This document shows positions 62,724 to 64,000 of a stretch of 64,000 nt of DNA, piece after piece. The position numbers were made by a program, and so were the translations under genes. The DNA comes from Lama guanicoe (taxonomy: Eukaryota): the NCBI GenBank assembly GCA_013239625.1, contig MU056216.1:12930729-12994728 (forward strand), in the 5' to 3' direction. The notes below the pieces were generated by a model. It had not been told where the DNA came from. It worked only from the letters and a program-made list of their open reading frames with translations, and ran no database searches. Position 1 is the stretch's first letter; each line of letters begins with the position of its first letter.

Positions 62724-62755
62724 AGCCTGACGCACAGCCTGACGCACAGCCTGAC
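62724..62755 (+). repeat. 12-bp tandem repeat x2.7 (agcctgacgcac) directly after the stop codon
   Basis: agcctgacgcac agcctgacgcac agcctgac. Confidence 0.95.
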
Positions 62756-64000
62756 TTCTAGAGCCACATGTGTACTTATAGCCCCCCAAAACTAGCTTTT
62801 GCCAGTATTATACATATATAAATGTACACCGCCCTCTCCCCCCCGGGAGCAGCTGCTTGTTCTGATTTGTAACAGTGCTTTTTTCTCTTTTAACTAACAA
62901 GAATGTAACCCCAGACACGCAAAGGGCACCACGGCTAATCCTCACTTCACTCGGTGCGTAAGAGCCGTCCTCTCTGAGCCCAGCGACTGACCTCTGCTCC
63001 CGGACCTCAGCAGGGCCCGGAGGGCTCGGGAGACATGCTGGTCACCAGCAGCGCGGGCTCCACGCCAGCTGCTGCGGCCCCAGTCCTGGTCCTCCAGCAG
63101 CCGAGGCACGTAGGAGGGGAGGGAAAAAGGGAGCGAGGAAGAAGAGGAGAGAAAATAGGACAGGCCCCTGAGGAGGAAAGGGAGGGATTTGAGCTGAACC
63201 GCGCGCGGGAGGGAGGAGGGGAGTCCGTGACAAGGCCACCCGGTGGCACGTGAAAGAACCCGGCCAGGGAGCAGACAGGACAGAGGAGTGAGGGGAGTGA
63301 GCAAAGGACAAACATTATTTTTGGAATTACATGGCAAATTTGTAAACGTCAGTGATGGGGACGGGTTCTGTGCACACCACGAAGGCGCACATGGTTTATT
63401 TCTGGCATTTCTGCCCGGCCTCTGGCCTGGCCGCTGGACCCACACCACAAGCCAAGTGTGCCCTGGGCTGACAGCCTCACACCCCGCATACATCCCGAGT
63501 GAGTCTGATCTGTTAGGTTATCTGCTGGGCTTAAAGCCACGCTTTCAACAGTAATGTCAGAGTCTATTTTAAGTATGAATACCTAGTCAAGACACCTTTT
63601 TTTTTTTTGTATTAACCTGTTTCATGCAATTAGTTATAAAAGGACGCTGAGAAGGAAAAAGCAGTCTTGTGGAGGTTTTCTCTAGATCCAAACTAGGAGA
63701 GATGGAATCATTTAGACCCCAGTTAGGATAGATGGAATAAAAGAGAAGTCAGAGTGAAAACCCCATCTCTCCACCAACCAAACCGACTCCCTGAAACAGT
63801 GGGGACCCGAAGGACAGGAAGTCAGCCTGGCCCCCCCTTGTGTAATGGGGGCCTCACTATCTCATGTCATCTCCCAGACAGAAGAGCATTAACCAATGTC
63901 TATGAAGCACTTTATGCTCCTTGAGAAAAAAGGTGGTATGTAATGTATGCAAGATATTTCTAGAATTGGGACTCAGGATATTAGTTAATGAGCCATCAGT
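62724..64000 (+). other. FLT1: FLT1 3'UTR (proximal part, probably continues beyond the window)
   Basis: Follows the stop codon of the last exon; contains CAGTATTA (62803-62810) and GCACTTTA (63907-63914) miRNA seed matches. Confidence 0.9.

Overview
Mammalian genomic DNA carrying the 3' half of FLT1 (VEGFR1) on the + strand. It runs from the distal part of intron 13 through coding exons 14-30 (human numbering) into about 1.3 kb of 3'UTR. All 17 exons were located by hand with canonical AG/GT boundaries. They join into one uninterrupted frame of 2048 nt (plus 1 nt from exon 13, outside the window), i.e. 682 aa: Ig domain 7, transmembrane helix, split kinase and C-tail. tRNA-derived SINEs of the Vic-1 type and cetartiodactyl L1 tails, with no Alu, Bov-tA/BovB or PRE-1 seen, point to a camelid. 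Introns hold L1, L2, MIR, hAT MITEs and two LTRs, and there are three N gaps. I found no new gene system. The most notable observations: (i) the C-terminal docking tyrosine equivalent to human Y1333 reads Cys; (ii) an intact apparent orthologue of the soluble-Flt1 terminal exon e15b lies inside an L2 relic in intron 14; (iii) a CpG-island-like patch with promoter motifs sits in an ancient MaLR LTR in intron 29, in a region whose old repeats look GC-converted; (iv) a sense-oriented solo LTR with a poly(A) signal lies right after exon 20. All comparisons to human FLT1 and to repeat consensus sequences are from memory and need alignment.
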